The notes under the pieces were generated by a model. That model had not been told where the DNA came from, searched no databases, and saw only the letters and a list, made by a program, of their open reading frames with translations. Below are positions 27,213 to 39,912 of a stretch of 64,000 bases of DNA, piece by piece; position 1 is the stretch's first letter, and each line of letters begins with the position of its first letter. A program made the translations under genes and the position numbers. This DNA comes from Squalus acanthias (taxonomy: Eukaryota), in the NCBI GenBank assembly GCA_030390025.1, contig CM059432.1, positions 91,328,001 through 91,392,000 on the forward strand, given 5' to 3'.

Positions 27213-27989
27213 GGGGGAATTTTAACCTAAAAAAAGGGTGGGTTGGGGGAGTGAGGACAGTTAAAGTGTTAAACATCGGAATCCCGACTTGAACCCGCCT
27301 CCTACCCGCCCACTTCCAGTTTTAACGGTGGCGGGACGGGAGGCAGGAAGGGGCGGGTAGCCAATCCGCTCCCAGGAGGTGGGCTGTCTATTTCAATATT
27401 ATAATGAGGCTGGATGCCTCTTCTTCAACCTGTAGCTGGTCGGGTTTTGCACACTTCGTAAAATCCGGCAGCTACAGCCTTTACACTAACCTGCTGGATC
27501 GAGGGTCTCTGCCTAACCCACCCTCCGTGAACGGAGATCACCCCCAGGCCTCCAATCCCTCCACGAGGCCCCTCGCCCCCACACCTTCCCCCCCCCCCAA
27601 TCCTCTGGCCCTCCCCGTGCTGTTTCCCTGGCCCCTGCTCCTCTTCGGACCACCCAGCGATCTTCTCCCGGCCCACAACTCTGTTTGGACCCTCCGCCCC
27701 CCCAAATCTTGTCCCAGCTCCCGATCCACTTCGGACCCCCCCCCCCCCCCCCCGCAACCCTATCCACTTCGGGATTCCCCACCCCCGATCTTCTTCCAGC
27801 ACGATTCCCCACGCGATCCCTCCCTCCCTCCTCTGTGCGGTCTCTCAATCTGGCTGGCTGCATGTGGGAAACAGAGGCTTCCCATTCAAATCAGGCCCTG
27901 CTGTTAAAGTTGGCAGGGCCTGCGGGAAAACCGTTCTCCCGGGTTTCCCGACCGCCTCGAAGCCTCCCACCCCCATTAAAATTCAGCCC
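27213..27989. mobile_element. Harbinger-type MITE with C-rich interior
   Basis: GGGGGAATTTTAA / TTAAAATTCAGCCC termini. Same family as 38959-39912. Confidence 0.78.
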
Positions 27990-28802
27990 ATTGTCTCAAA
28001 CTGATCTTTCCCCTCACCTCTTTGAGGACCATGATGCACTAGGGTAAATTAATTTGATTTGATAGGACTAGCTAATGCAATAGCTTGTGATAGCCATTAA
28101 TGATAATTAACTCCCCATACTGGTTCATTTCTTTCTTCTTAGTTCAATGATGGCTATAGGAATTTCCTCAAAAGATGCTGAACAGTTTATTGAACAATTA
28201 AAAAGGTGTTGTAATATTGGGAAGACTTTCAGGAAAGCTACCTCTCTGAATGTCCATCATGGTGTCTACACTGCATAATGTACCTGATACAGAACTCACC
28301 TTTTGCAATGCTCCTTTGTTTAAATTACTGAACAGATGCAACTGATGATGTGATTGTTCTACGCATTTACTGCCATTTTAGTAAAACTGGTAAAGAATCT
28401 TGCAACACAATCTACCAAACTATAACTTTCTTTCAACCAGCAAATGGTTCCCTGCAGGCATGACTCCAGCAAAATTGCTGGAATTGCAGTACCCACAGAT
28501 TTTCAGGGACTGTGTCTGTAAAACGGGATTGCATTTATGGTAGTCGATTTCCTTACCTACATTATTCTATCCAATGTGATAAAGTAAGATAAATTTGAAT
28601 TTAAAATGAGAATAATTAATGCTTTCTTTTGTAAGTAAAGTAGAAAAATCAAAAGTTACACAGCAAAAGTACTCCTACAGGATACATCATTTTCTTGCCA
28701 GACAGTAACAAAATCAAAATAAATTATTAACTGGTAAAATTAGATTTGCATGGCAAAATGAGGAAGGAGTATATATCTACAAGAGGAAAATAATCTACTT
28801 AC

Positions 28803-28890
28803 CTGGTTCATTTGTCATTGCTGACCACGTAAGGTACATAATATACAGAGTGATGATAGAGGATTGAAGGCCAGTGCAAAGCTGAAATTC
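28803..28890 (-). CDS. SERINC3: SERINC3-like internal coding exon, 88 nt, phase 0/1
   Basis: TTTTAG|GAA acceptor and G|GTAAGT donor. Translates [29 protein letters not shown], matching SERINC [30 protein letters not shown]. Confidence 0.95.
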
Positions 28891-29572
28891 CTAAAATTTA
28901 ATAAAATCCAGTAAAGAATATTCATTGTTAGTAAAGAAGTACACAGTAAAATAATTAAAAAAAACTAAAGAAATCTAATAACTTAGGAAGCATTCTTAAT
29001 CATTAGTTCTTTGCTGATTATCTTGTTAAATTTTCAGGGTCAGACAAGAAACCAAATTAAATTCTTTCAAACTGTATTGATCACAACTTTTGTTGCTCAA
29101 AGCAGTATTATGCAGTGTAAAAATAAAAGCTACTAATGCAAATCAGCTCTTAAATGTTCCCAAATAGCAACTTTTAAAATTTCCCATGAAGATGAAATTT
29201 TCTGAAAACCAGTTAGTACTGCCAATAATTACAAAATAAACCTAAAATGTACAACTTACGTACGTTTAAACAAAACTAGTAAAGTTCCCATGGTAAGGCA
29301 AAGGATATGCTATTTTATACTGGCAGGAGCCCAGTATAGCACATAATTTACTATAGTACAGTTGATTTATGCCATTACTCTCAAGCCAAAAAAATGCCCC
29401 TCTCCTCTAGTCACTATCCCTGCTTCTTTCCCATTTTTGTCACTATGTTTGTCTTTGTCTTCCAACCTCTCTGTCTATGTATCTGCCTCTGTCGGGCTGT
29501 CACACAGTTTTCTCATTGTGCTGTCTGCATCATACTATCCAACTCGTTTTTCTCATTGATTCTGTCCTTCTC

Positions 29573-29720
29573 GGGAACAGTAGCATAGTGGTTATGTGAC
29601 TTGGACTACAAATCCAAAGGCCTGGACTAATGATCCAGAAACGTGAGTTCAAACCCCACCATGGCAGCTGGGGAATTTAAATTCAGTTAATTAAATAAAT
29701 CTGGTATGAAAATATAGTAA
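29573..29720 (+). mobile_element. tRNA-derived SINE 5' part
   Basis: A-box-like TAGCATAGTGG and B-box-like GAGTTCAAACCC. A related reverse copy lies at ~37770-37950. Confidence 0.65.
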
Positions 29721-29742
29721 TAGTAATCTAGTAATAGTAATA

Positions 29743-31088
29743 GACTGGGCCTGCGGCAGGTGGTAAGAGAACCAACACGAGGGAAAAACCTATTTGACCT
29801 CGTCCTTACCAATCTACCTGTCGCAGATACATCTGTCCATGACAGCATTGGTAGCAGTGACCACCGCACAGTCCTTATGGAGACGAAGACCCATCTTCAC
29901 ACTGAGGACACCCTCCATTGTGTTGTGTGGCACTACCACTGTGCTAAAAGTGCTGAATTCCATGGGTGAGGTGAGAGTGACTGCCCTTGACATCAAAGCA
30001 GCATTTGACCGAGTGTGGCATCAAGGAGCCCGAGTAAATTTGAAGTCAATGGGAATCAGGGGGAAAACTCTCCACTGGCTGGAGTCATACCTAGCACAAA
30101 GGAAGATGGTTGCGGTGATTGAAGGTCAATCATCACAGCCCCAGGACATCGCTGCAGGAGTTCCTCAGGGCAATGTCCTAGGCCCAAGCTGTTTCATCAA
30201 TGCCCTTCCCTCCATCATAAGGTCAGAAGTGGGGATATTCGCTGATGATTTCACAGTGTTCAGTTCCATTCGCAACTCCTCAGATAATGAAGCAGTCCAT
30301 GCCCGCATGCAGCAAGACCTGGACAACATTAGGCTTGGGCTGATAAATGGCAAGTCACATTCGCGCCACACAAGTGCCAGGTAATGACTATGTCCAACAA
30401 CAGAGAGTCTAATCACTGCCCTTGACATTCAACGGCATTACCATTGCCGAATCCCCCACCATCAACATCCTGGGGGGAGTCACCATTGACCAGAAACTTA
30501 ACTGGACCAGCCACATAAATACTGTAGCTACAGGACAGAGGCTGGGTATTCTGTGGCGAGTGTCTCACCTCCTGACTCCTCAAAACCTTTCCACCATCTA
30601 CAAGGCACAAGTCAGGAGTGTGATGGAATACTCTCCACTTGCCTGGATGAGTGCAGCTTCAAGAATTTTGACGCCATCTAGGACAAAGCAGCCTGCTTGA
30701 TCAGCACCCCATCCACCACCTTAAGTATTCACTCACTCCACCACCGGCGCAGTGTGTACCATCTACAAGATGCACTGCCAAGGCTTCTTCGACAGCACCT
30801 CCCACACCCGCGACCTCTACCACCTAGAAGGACCAGGGCAGCAGGGGAACACCACCACCTGCAAGTTCCGCTCCAAGTTACAAACCATCCTGACTTGGAA
30901 AGATATCGCCATTCCTTCATCGTCGCTGGGTCAAAATCCTGGAAATTCCTGCCTAACAGCACTGTGGGAGTACCTTCACCACACACTAACTGCAGCAGTT
31001 CAAGAAGGCGGCTCACCACCACCTTCTCAAGGGCAATAAATGCTGGCCTTGCCAGTGACGCCCACATTCCAGGAACGAATAAAAAAAA
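29743..31088 (+). mobile_element. CR1/L2-group LINE, internally deleted, with 3' A tail
   Basis: PTRGKNLFDLVLTN, SDH, ALDIKAAFDRVWH, GVPQG, FAD and IYKAQVRSVMEYS motifs. Ends AATAAAAAAAA. Confidence 0.85.
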
Positions 31089-31124
31089 CACTGTTTCTCC
31101 ACTCCTCTGTTCTCTTTTACACAT

Positions 31125-31351
31125 TGACGTAAGAAAACTACTAGGCACTTGGTCTAAGCGTTAAACAAAGCTTTACTCAACTGTTTTACAACATGGAGGT
31201 CTAGTTGTGTCCTTCACTAGTTCCTGTTAAGAATGTCCTGCGCAAACTGGGCCCGTGCCCGAGTATTTATACTCTCCCGGGACAGCGCCACCCGCAGGCC
31301 ACTCAGTATTATTTCATAAGTCTTTCTTTCATGAATGACAGATTCATGTCA
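31125..31351 (-). mobile_element. Solo LTR (227 bp) of an LTR retrotransposon
   Basis: TGAC...GTCA termini with an exact 5-bp TSD CACAT (31120-31124, 31352-31356). TATAAA followed by AGTAAA on the minus strand. Confidence 0.8.
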
Positions 31352-32559
31352 CACATCACCAATGTTTCGGTGTAGTTATCCTACATCTTCCTTTACTGAT
31401 GGAGTTAACGTGTCTCCCATCTTTTAGAAGCCCTAAGAATCACTGAAAAAGGAGTTGAAGTCTCAAAAGTAGGGGTAAGATGAGGCTTTTAGAGAAATTA
31501 GAGGTAATAGCAGGGTAAGCCTATTGGAGGTTCTGTGACATGGGTGGTTGAAAGAGATGGCACTGTGGGTCAAGCCAAGGAACTTTGGGAGGAGGTGCTG
31601 TGGTCAGAAGGAACCAACGGGTTGGAATGTGGGAGGGAATGCATAGAGAGGGGAATGATCTTGGAGAGAAGTGGAGTAAGAGCTGGGTCTCGGGACAATC
31701 AAAAGTGACGGGCCCTGGATCTGAGAACAGTCAGTAGGTTTGTGGTCTGGGCACTCCAGCTGGATGAGGGAGTAAGCGGGCCAAAAATACTGATAGCAAG
31801 TAAGCTGGAACACACATGGGTGGGTCGGGAAGCACTTGAAATGGGTGAGTGGGCTGAGAACTACTTGGGTCAGATGTACCAGAGCTGGGTAAGTGACCAA
31901 ATGGATTAGAAGGCATTCCAGATGGTTGGCACATCTACGCAGCCCAGCCACCCTGCACCACATCACTTTCAATGCCGATACCCTACCCCAACGAGCCACA
32001 AATACCAGTTATCAGCTCAGTTGTATCAGGCTGCATAATTCTTTTGTCCAGTAAAGTGGATGGGGGCAAAGTGGCAATGTGGTCAATTGCTAATTCCGTT
32101 TAGTAAGAATCAAGTTCATATTTCATGCTGGTTTGAAGTTTTAATGCAAAACATATTTTTATCTTGAAAGCCGCTAAAAAATCTTGGGCTGGATTCTGCC
32201 CGCATACCTTACTCTGCTGTAACCCTAACTCACCCTAGGTATGCATGATGGGCTCCTGTTGCAGTGGGACTGCTGCTGCAGCATCTGAAGAGGTAGATAT
32301 GATTTAAAGGGGACAGAAGAGCAGCCCTGAAAATCAAGATTTCATTTTATTTCGTCCTTGGACTGGAGAGACAGATAAAGATTTTAAAGAACATGAGAAA
32401 GTTGCAATTGCATATCCAGTGCTTATATGACTCTTCACAATAAATAATTTAAATCTTTTTCTTATAATTTTTTGTAATTTTTTATATCCTTATTATATGC
32501 AAACCTTATTTCTCAGCTTAGTGGAGGAAACAAGATTCCGGCCGAAGCTCCTCGGCTGT

Positions 32560-32678
32560 TCCAGCAGACTCCCACTGTAACTCCAGCAGACTCCCACTGT
32601 AACTCCAGCAGACTTCCATTGTAACTCCAGCAGACTCCCACTGTAACTCCAGCAGACTCCCACTGTAACTCCAGCAGA
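32560..32678. repeat. Minisatellite, 22-bp unit x ~5.4
   Basis: Head-to-tail TCCAGCAGACTCCCACTGTAAC, one variant unit, no spacers. Confidence 0.95.
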
Positions 32679-33426
32679 ATTGCTCAGAAATGGGAGGCAG
32701 GGCCTAGATATGATGGGTTCGGACCTAAGCTTGGATAACTTGCTCAGCTTTGTATTGGGGGACCCTCAGCCTGGCCCTCATAAGGTCATTGATGCGGCAC
32801 CAGGGTAATCCCAACACTGAGAGTTCCCACTTCCCTGGCCCATATAGGATCCAGTGTATGTCTGACTGCTGATATGCTCAGTGGGATGAGCCTTACTGGC
32901 CTCCAGAAGGCATACGTAGGATGCACTCAAGGATCATTGAAAGTTTATTGTAAATGTGAGGAGACAGGAGAGGAGCAGCTAGGTTCTCTTGGTGGGACTG
33001 GGCTCCCCCCACTCAGCAGGCTGGTACTGAAGTAAATTAAGTGCCTTCCCACTGATCCCACAGACTCTGGCAGGGTCAGTATGAGAGGGCACCTGTGGAT
33101 AAAATCCCAGGATCTCTGCTTGTGAATTTTTTGGGCCCAGTGTCCAAAATGATTTTTGAAAACTGTTTTGAGTGACTTAATTGGTTCACCTTTTTTCATT
33201 AAAGCTTCTTCTGACTACTTTTTCTGGATTGGTTATTTTCATATGTCATTAGTAGTTTTTCATTGTAAATCTGTTTTTCCCACATTCAACTGGTACATTG
33301 CCTACATCTTCAGTTGTAATTGGCTCAAATTTCAAAATTTCACAGTATTGCAAGTGCAAGTGTGGCAAAATTTGCATATATAAATGTGACATCCAACTGT
33401 GACACTTGAAATGCACAGACAAGATT

Positions 33427-36400
33427 GGGAGAGTTTTAACCCACACAGCCGGTGTGATGTGGTCAGCGGGCGGACAGTTACAATAGGCTGGGAGTATTTA
33501 CTGTCCTGTTCTTATTCTCTCTCCGCTTGCTGCTGTTTTAAGCACACAATTTTTTTAGGTGGCCAAGGTGCCTGTCAGAAGCAGTGGGGAGTCTCAGAAA
33601 TACATGTAAATTGGTATCCTATGACGTCATTAGGACTCATGTGATATTAACATCAAATAGTGGAAGTCCCACCCAGCACCGAGTAGTGGGATTGGTTTCA
33701 GGGGAGCAGTATTTAAAGAAGCATTCAGGTGCAGGCAGTCAGATTATTGGGATCTATGTGCTATTATGCTTATTGGATTTCCAAGGGTTATTTCAATTTG
33801 GATATTGCTTGTTTCTGTCTTTTTTTCCTTACTCACCCTAAATGAGCACTCAGCTTATCACGGGTGCCATTCTTGCTTTATTGTTATGGATGAAAGAAGA
33901 GGAGCAGCAGCAACAGCAGCAGGCTGAACAACCAGGGGGAGCAGCAGGTGTACTTGTTCGTAGATAGCAGGTGAAGGGGCTGCTCGTAGATGGCCTCACC
34001 CAGCCTACAGAATCTATAGACTAAGTGTGAGTTTCCTGGATATGACTAAGGAGCAGTGCATGAGGAGGCTATGCTTCTCCAAGCAGGCTGTCACTGATCT
34101 TTGCAACCTTTTCCAACAAGAACTGCTGCCTGCTGGGCCAGGTAGCCATGCTTTGAGAGTGGCTGTAAAAGTCACCACTACCCTTAACTCTTTTGCCTCA
34201 AGCTCGTTCCAAGGTGCTTATAGAGACATCTCTACCAGTCTGCAGTGCACAGTTACAGCAAGCAAGTCCCTTTCCTATGGATGCCAACAATCACAGATGG
34301 AGCTCTGGGATTTGCAGCAATGGACAGGAGGAGGAAGATCCTTTTTCCCCCCCAGGGGCCGGATGCCCTCCAAGCATCTGCTAAGGAGGCAGTTGAAGGA
34401 CATCGCTCAGGATGCCAATGCCAGGAGCATTGCACAAAGAACATAGGCTACAATGCAGGAAAAAAATCAATGATTTGACTAGTATTGTCGAGGTAAGAAC
34501 ACTTCTGAAATACTTTCTCATCAAGGCTGCAACACTCAGCACTCACAAAACTCCCCTCCCCCACTACCCTGCACTGTCCTGCAATTAATGCAGCTCATTT
34601 CACTAAACATTCTTTTCCTCATGCTCACATACTCAGCACTATTACAAACTTCACTTACTCACAACTCACATCTCACACACACACTGTCAGCTATTCCATC
34701 ATTACAGCCATCTCACATCACAAGACTCTCACTAACACACTTCCCTCTTTCTTGCAGGAGAAAGTGGCACACATCAGGCTGCCACTGGAGGAGGAAGTGT
34801 GCATCTGCACACCCTCTCCCCCCTTGAAGAGAGCATCCTGGCAATAATGGGAAGGGGCAGAGTGGAGGCCATGGCCATTAGCAATACTGGAGGAGACTCC
34901 ATGCAGGGGTTCTTTATACCTCTTTGTCTCTTCTCAGATGCTTTCAACATCCACTACTTTCTTTCTGCTCTCCCTCACACCACAAGCTAACTCTTGTCTC
35001 TTTTTTTCATTTCAGCTACCGAGAATGTCGACGCCCCTCGGCCAGTGGAGTAAGACGAGTGCAGTGTTGCAGAAGATGAATCATCAGTTGATCTGATTCT
35101 CGCAAGCACCAGCTGAGATACTGACACCACGTGGACTGTAGAAGCTAGGTTGGAGGAGGGATCTGCACGCGGTGACTCACTGGGCACAAGTGCGCAGGAG
35201 CTAGGGCATGTGTATAGGATGTCACTTAATACATTTAAGGTGGAGATGGACACATTTTTGCAAGATAAGGGAGTGAAGGGTTATGGGCAGTGGGCGGGGA
35301 AGTGGCTTTGAGCCCAAGATCAGCCATGATCTTATTGAATGGCGGAGCAGGCTCGAGGGGCCAAGTGGCCTATTCCTGCTCCTATATCTTATGTTCTTAT
35401 GTCACATGGGCCAGCTTGCCAGAGGGCGAGATCGCATACTAGTTCTGTTGCAGAGGACTCAGATGCTGATTTTGATGGGCCAGGCTACCGATGAAGGCTC
35501 ATGGACATACACCGGGAAATGTTGCACTATGCAGCCTGCCGGAGAGCTTGCGCACAATGTCGCAGAACATGGAGGAGTCCAGCTCCAACTTGTCACAAGA
35601 CTTTGCACACAGCATAAAGACCATTTTGTCTAACATGGACCAAGTGGTTGGTTCTATCAGTAACGTAGTGGAACCCACCATGATGGAGCATCTCATGACA
35701 CCTCTGATAGCTTCCATTGCAATACAAACAGCTGCCATGGAAGCTCAGGTGGCTGCCATCTCAGCTTTGGGGGCCACAGTTGAAAGGGGTTTCCAGGGCA
35801 TCACGTCACTCCAACACTCTGTTCTCCAACCAAGCCCTAGAAGTGCTGAGGCATCTCCCCAGGAGAGTGGGTGTGACAGCATTTGCTCTCATCTCACAGG
35901 AGGACGGCATGTCTGCTCATCCGCCAGCCACTCCATCAGTGTCCTTGATGGTGCCACTCAGGCAGCCGGCCCAGACTGCTACAGCCCACTCTGAGATGAT
36001 GCAGTCTGCACCCAGGCCCTCTAGGCCCAGAGCTGCTCGAGATCGTCCTCCAAGGCCATCTTAAATGTCCTCAATGCAAGCTCAGCAGCCTTCTAATAAC
36101 AACAACTTACAGTTATATAGCACCTTTAACGTAGTAAAACCTCCCAAACTGTAGCCATTGGGGAAATACCTTGTAGGAGCACTAGGATAAAGAAAGGAAC
36201 ATGCAGGTCAAGCACTAAGGGTTTACATAAGGATGATTAGTCATTTTTTTGTCAATGCTGACATAATTTGTTTGATAAATTTGGTTTTGGAACTGGAATT
36301 GGTGTTAGTATTTGTCTTTGTAGTAAAGTGAGGGCAAGACAATAAATCTGGAGTGAAGTAAGGCAATCGGCTGGTGGTTGCAAGAAGTATGGTGAGGATT

Positions 36401-37415
36401 GTAGGACTGTTGGTGAATGGGGAATAGAAGGGCTGATTTAGTTGAAGTGCTCCTTGATGTGCTCGTCTGAGCGTTCTGGCTTCCTGCTCCTCCTCCTGTA
36501 CTTGTTACTGCCCAGGTGGCGGTAGCAGCTGGCCCCTCAAGATGGCAAAGTTGTGGAGGATGCAGCAGATGATGACAAATCTGGATAGCCGCTCAGGGGT
36601 GTAGTCCAAGGCTCCTCCAGAACAGTCCAGGCAGCGGAAGCGTTGCTTGAGCCTGCCGATTGTTTGCTCGATGATCTTCCTTGTGGCAACATGGCTCTCA
36701 TTGTAGGCATGCTCTGCAGCTGTGCGCGGGTTCCTGACTGGAGTCATGAGCCATGTTCGGAGGGAATAACCCTTGACACCCAACGGATGTGACAATCGCA
36801 GCCGCCGAAATGCCACTGCTCTTCAGAGAGGTCAAGGAAGCTGACCCTCTGTCTGTACAGCCTGTTACGTGGATAGTGCCTCCTGCGACCTCAATCCCTC
36901 TCTGTTGTCCTCTTGCAGCTCCCTCCACAGCACTCCCTTGCTGCTGCTGATGCTGATTGCGTTTCTCATCCGAAACCCAATCTAAAACAGCCATGGCGCC
37001 ATCCATATTGATGCTGTGTGTGTGAACACCTCCAAACTTTACCAATACATCTGTCACCACAAGCACTCTCAGCAAACCGTTTACTCGAGGCAGCTGTGAG
37101 CACTGAGACTTTCTTAATATCGGTACACCTGACCTTTAATTAGCTTCATGAAGTGTCGCTCAATCTCCCTCCATTTTACTGGCAAGTTTTCAGAGTCCTG
37201 GGAAACCCGTGCTCTAAGCATTAAATTCAAATTCCAGTCAAAATGTGAGGGAATGAAGGACCGCCCTCTCGACATCGGGTTACTTGGCCACACCCAAAAC
37301 TGCTCCATTAAAACCGGAAGTGGGCGGGTTGGGGTCGGGTTTTATATTCCTGATATTTTAACCATGCCCCTCACCTTCTCCTGCCCATCAGGGTGGAGGA
37401 GTTAAAATTTACCCC
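33427..37415. mobile_element. Chimeric degenerate Harbinger: transposase 5' fragment (+), Myb gene (+), CR1 tail (~35218-35400), deleted transposase (-)
   Basis: SFLDMTKEQCMRRLCF...VAVKVTTTLN, QCRKKINDL and minus-strand [16 protein letters not shown]...CCILHN. GGGAGAGTTTTAAC / GTTAAAATTTACCCC termini. Confidence 0.75.
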
Positions 37416-38258
37416 AGTGTCACTGGCGGAGTCTCGCCTATAGCAGGTGACTTATGGGAAAATCGTGGCTGCGCTGTCTGCTATATTCTTTCCATTGACA
37501 TTCAAAAAAGAGAATAGAAGGAAGAAAAACAAATGATAAGGTAATCACGCACAATTAGTGGTGTTTCCGTAAGATGGGATGTAAATTGTATTTAAATTAG
37601 TTTAGGTTTAATATTATGCTAATAAAATAATCACTGTTTGACTAGCTTTTTATTATAATATTAGCATTAATTTAACAGTGCGTGAGTTGAAACAAACACA
37701 AACCAGTCAGCTCCAGGGAGACAGCAGTTTCACTGAGCATTCCTGTTTGAAGTGAGCTGCTTCGAACATTAGTGTAGGGTTCCCTACCCTGAAGGCATTA
37801 GTGAAATAATTGTGTTAATGACAAAATCTGGCAGTTTTCAGCTAGAAACTACCAGATCTTTTAAAACTTAAATTTCACCATTTACCATAGTTGGGTATGA
37901 ATTCATGACCTCTAGGTTACTAGTCTAGTACCATAACCACTCGGATACCACACAATCCTACTGAACACACCTAGGTCACTGTCAACTCAAGAAGATTTTT
38001 TACTTATATTCAAATAATGATGTCAGCTATTTAAGAGCCACAGTTTCCTTTTAATTTATACCTCTTATTCATCAGTATCGATTCTTAAACCAATATACAA
38101 GTTGTCAACTGGGTTTAGTTATCTTAATTCAAGTAGATCCATTTAAATTATGCAATATTGTCATAAATAAATTAAATTTTAATTCAAGAAATCTTAATCA
38201 TTTTCAAAAGAGATGATATAAAAAAACTATCATGAAATTAAGATTTTAATATGCTTAC

Positions 38259-38428
38259 CTGGATCTTTGGATGAACTGATATTAAAGAAGCTACAACACA
38301 AATAAGTATGTTGAAGCTAATAACAAATTTATTTTCAATACAGCCGTCAACTGTGGTGTAAAACACATAGCAGAGGATTGCAGTGGTTAATGACAACACA
38401 TAATTCAGACATGTAACTGATAGAAGCG
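38259..38428 (-). CDS. SERINC3: SERINC3-like internal coding exon, 170 nt, phase 1/0
   Basis: TTTGCAG|CG acceptor and CAG|GTAAGC donor, in frame with the previous exon. Translates ALLSVTCLNYVLSLTTAILCYVFYTTVDGCIENKFVISFNILICVVASLISVHPKIQ, closest to SERINC3 as recalled ([30 protein letters not shown]). Confidence 0.95.
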
Positions 38429-38958
38429 CTGCAAAGAAACAAACAGATTAATGTCACTAAAAATGTTACAATGACCATTCCAACCTTCTCAAGATAATTT
38501 CAAAACAATGTTATTAAATGATAAAACTATGTCGCAGAACAAACAATTGAAAGTGTACCAACCATTAGAAAGGACGATAAAGCACCAACTAAAAATATAT
38601 ATGAATGGTAACAGGTGCTAAAATGTTTTGATTTAAGCACGATGCGTTTGTAAGATCTTACCCAGAGACTTCTGAAACAAACTGGATTTTCCTGGTTCAC
38701 AGGCATTTTTTTCTTTATTTCCATTTCCCAGTTCTCTGAGTGAGTTCATTAACTTATTTCCAATTTGTGCTGAATTATAGACATGTTTGAGTTCTGGGTA
38801 TGTGCCCTTTGAAACTGGTCTTTGCCTGACCCAGTTCAATTCAGGTCATTTCATTTCATACAGGCAGGCCTTAGAATCCTTCAACACATCAAGGCCAACT
38901 TCAGCAACAAGCTCAATCAAACCCTATGATATAAGAATGGAGATTCTGTAGCAACTCT

Positions 38959-39912
38959 GGGGGGAATTTTAACCTAAAAAAAGGGGTGAGTTTGGGTTGG
39001 GTGGGAAGTTAAAGTATTAAAAATCTGAATCCCAACCAGAACCCGCCTACTTCCAGTTTCAATAGAGTCGGGACCTGGGGGGCGGGGGGGGGGGGTGGCA
39101 GCCAATCCGCTCCCAGGAGGTGGGTCATCTATTTAAATATTATAATGAAGCTATAAGCCTCTGCTTTAACCTCCATTTTGAATTTAACTTTAGCTAGTCA
39201 GATTTTGCAGGCCTCGTGAAACCCGCCAGCTAATGAAAGGCGAGGACTGCTGGATCCAGGAAGTAAGTGCCTTTACACTTACCTCCTGGATCCAGCATCC
39301 CTGCCTAACACATCCCCTGTGATCGGAGACCCCTCTATGAGGCCTCCAATCCCCCCACCCAGGCTGCCGATCCCCCCTATGCTCCTCCGGACCCCGATCT
39401 GCTCCTCCGGCTGCTGATCGTTGCAGAACTTCCCCCACCCCACTCTGCCAACACTCCTCCTGCTCCTCCAGCCGCCCCCCTCCCTGCCGCTCCACCGGCC
39501 GCCGATCTTAAACCAACAACCCCGCCCCCCCCTCGTGTTGGTCCCAGCCCCAAATGTTCAGCCAACCCCCACCCCAGGATAGTCCCGCCCCCGATCTTCA
39601 GTCGACCACCCCCCCCCCCCCCTCCCCCCCCCGGCTGGTCCCGGCCCACAATCGGCAGCCGACCCTCCCCCTCCCCCCACATGCTGGTCCTGGCCCATCC
39701 CGTGCTCCTCTGGCCACCTCCCAGCCCTCACACAATCCCTCTCTCCCTTCTCTCTGCGGCCTAGTGCCACAGGCCTCCGCCCGGAGCCAGCCAGCCTCCC
39801 AATCTGGCTGGCTCTGGGTGAGAAACAGAGGTTTCCAATGCAAATCAGGCCCTGGCGTTAAATTCAGCCCCCCCACTGGCTCCCAACCTGCCAAACTATA
39901 AAAATTCAGGCC
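38959..39912. mobile_element. Harbinger-type MITE, same family as 27213-27989
   Basis: GGGGGGAATTTTAACCTAAAAAAAGGG start, shared GCCAATCCGCTCCCAGGAGG and CAAATCAGGCCCTG blocks, AAAATTCAGGCC end. Confidence 0.78.

Noticed and set aside
29573..29665. tRNA gene (also ~40380-40445)
   Set aside because: Only A/B-box-like motifs with no cloverleaf, better explained as SINE heads.
31357..31400. Second hammerhead-like motif (GAAGA-TGTAG-loop-CTACA-CCGAAAC on minus)
   Set aside because: The CUGANGA core is absent, so it is too degenerate to support.
32560..32678. Short direct-repeat array as CRISPR
   Set aside because: Units are contiguous with no unique spacers, there are no cas genes, and the context is a vertebrate intron. 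It is a minisatellite.
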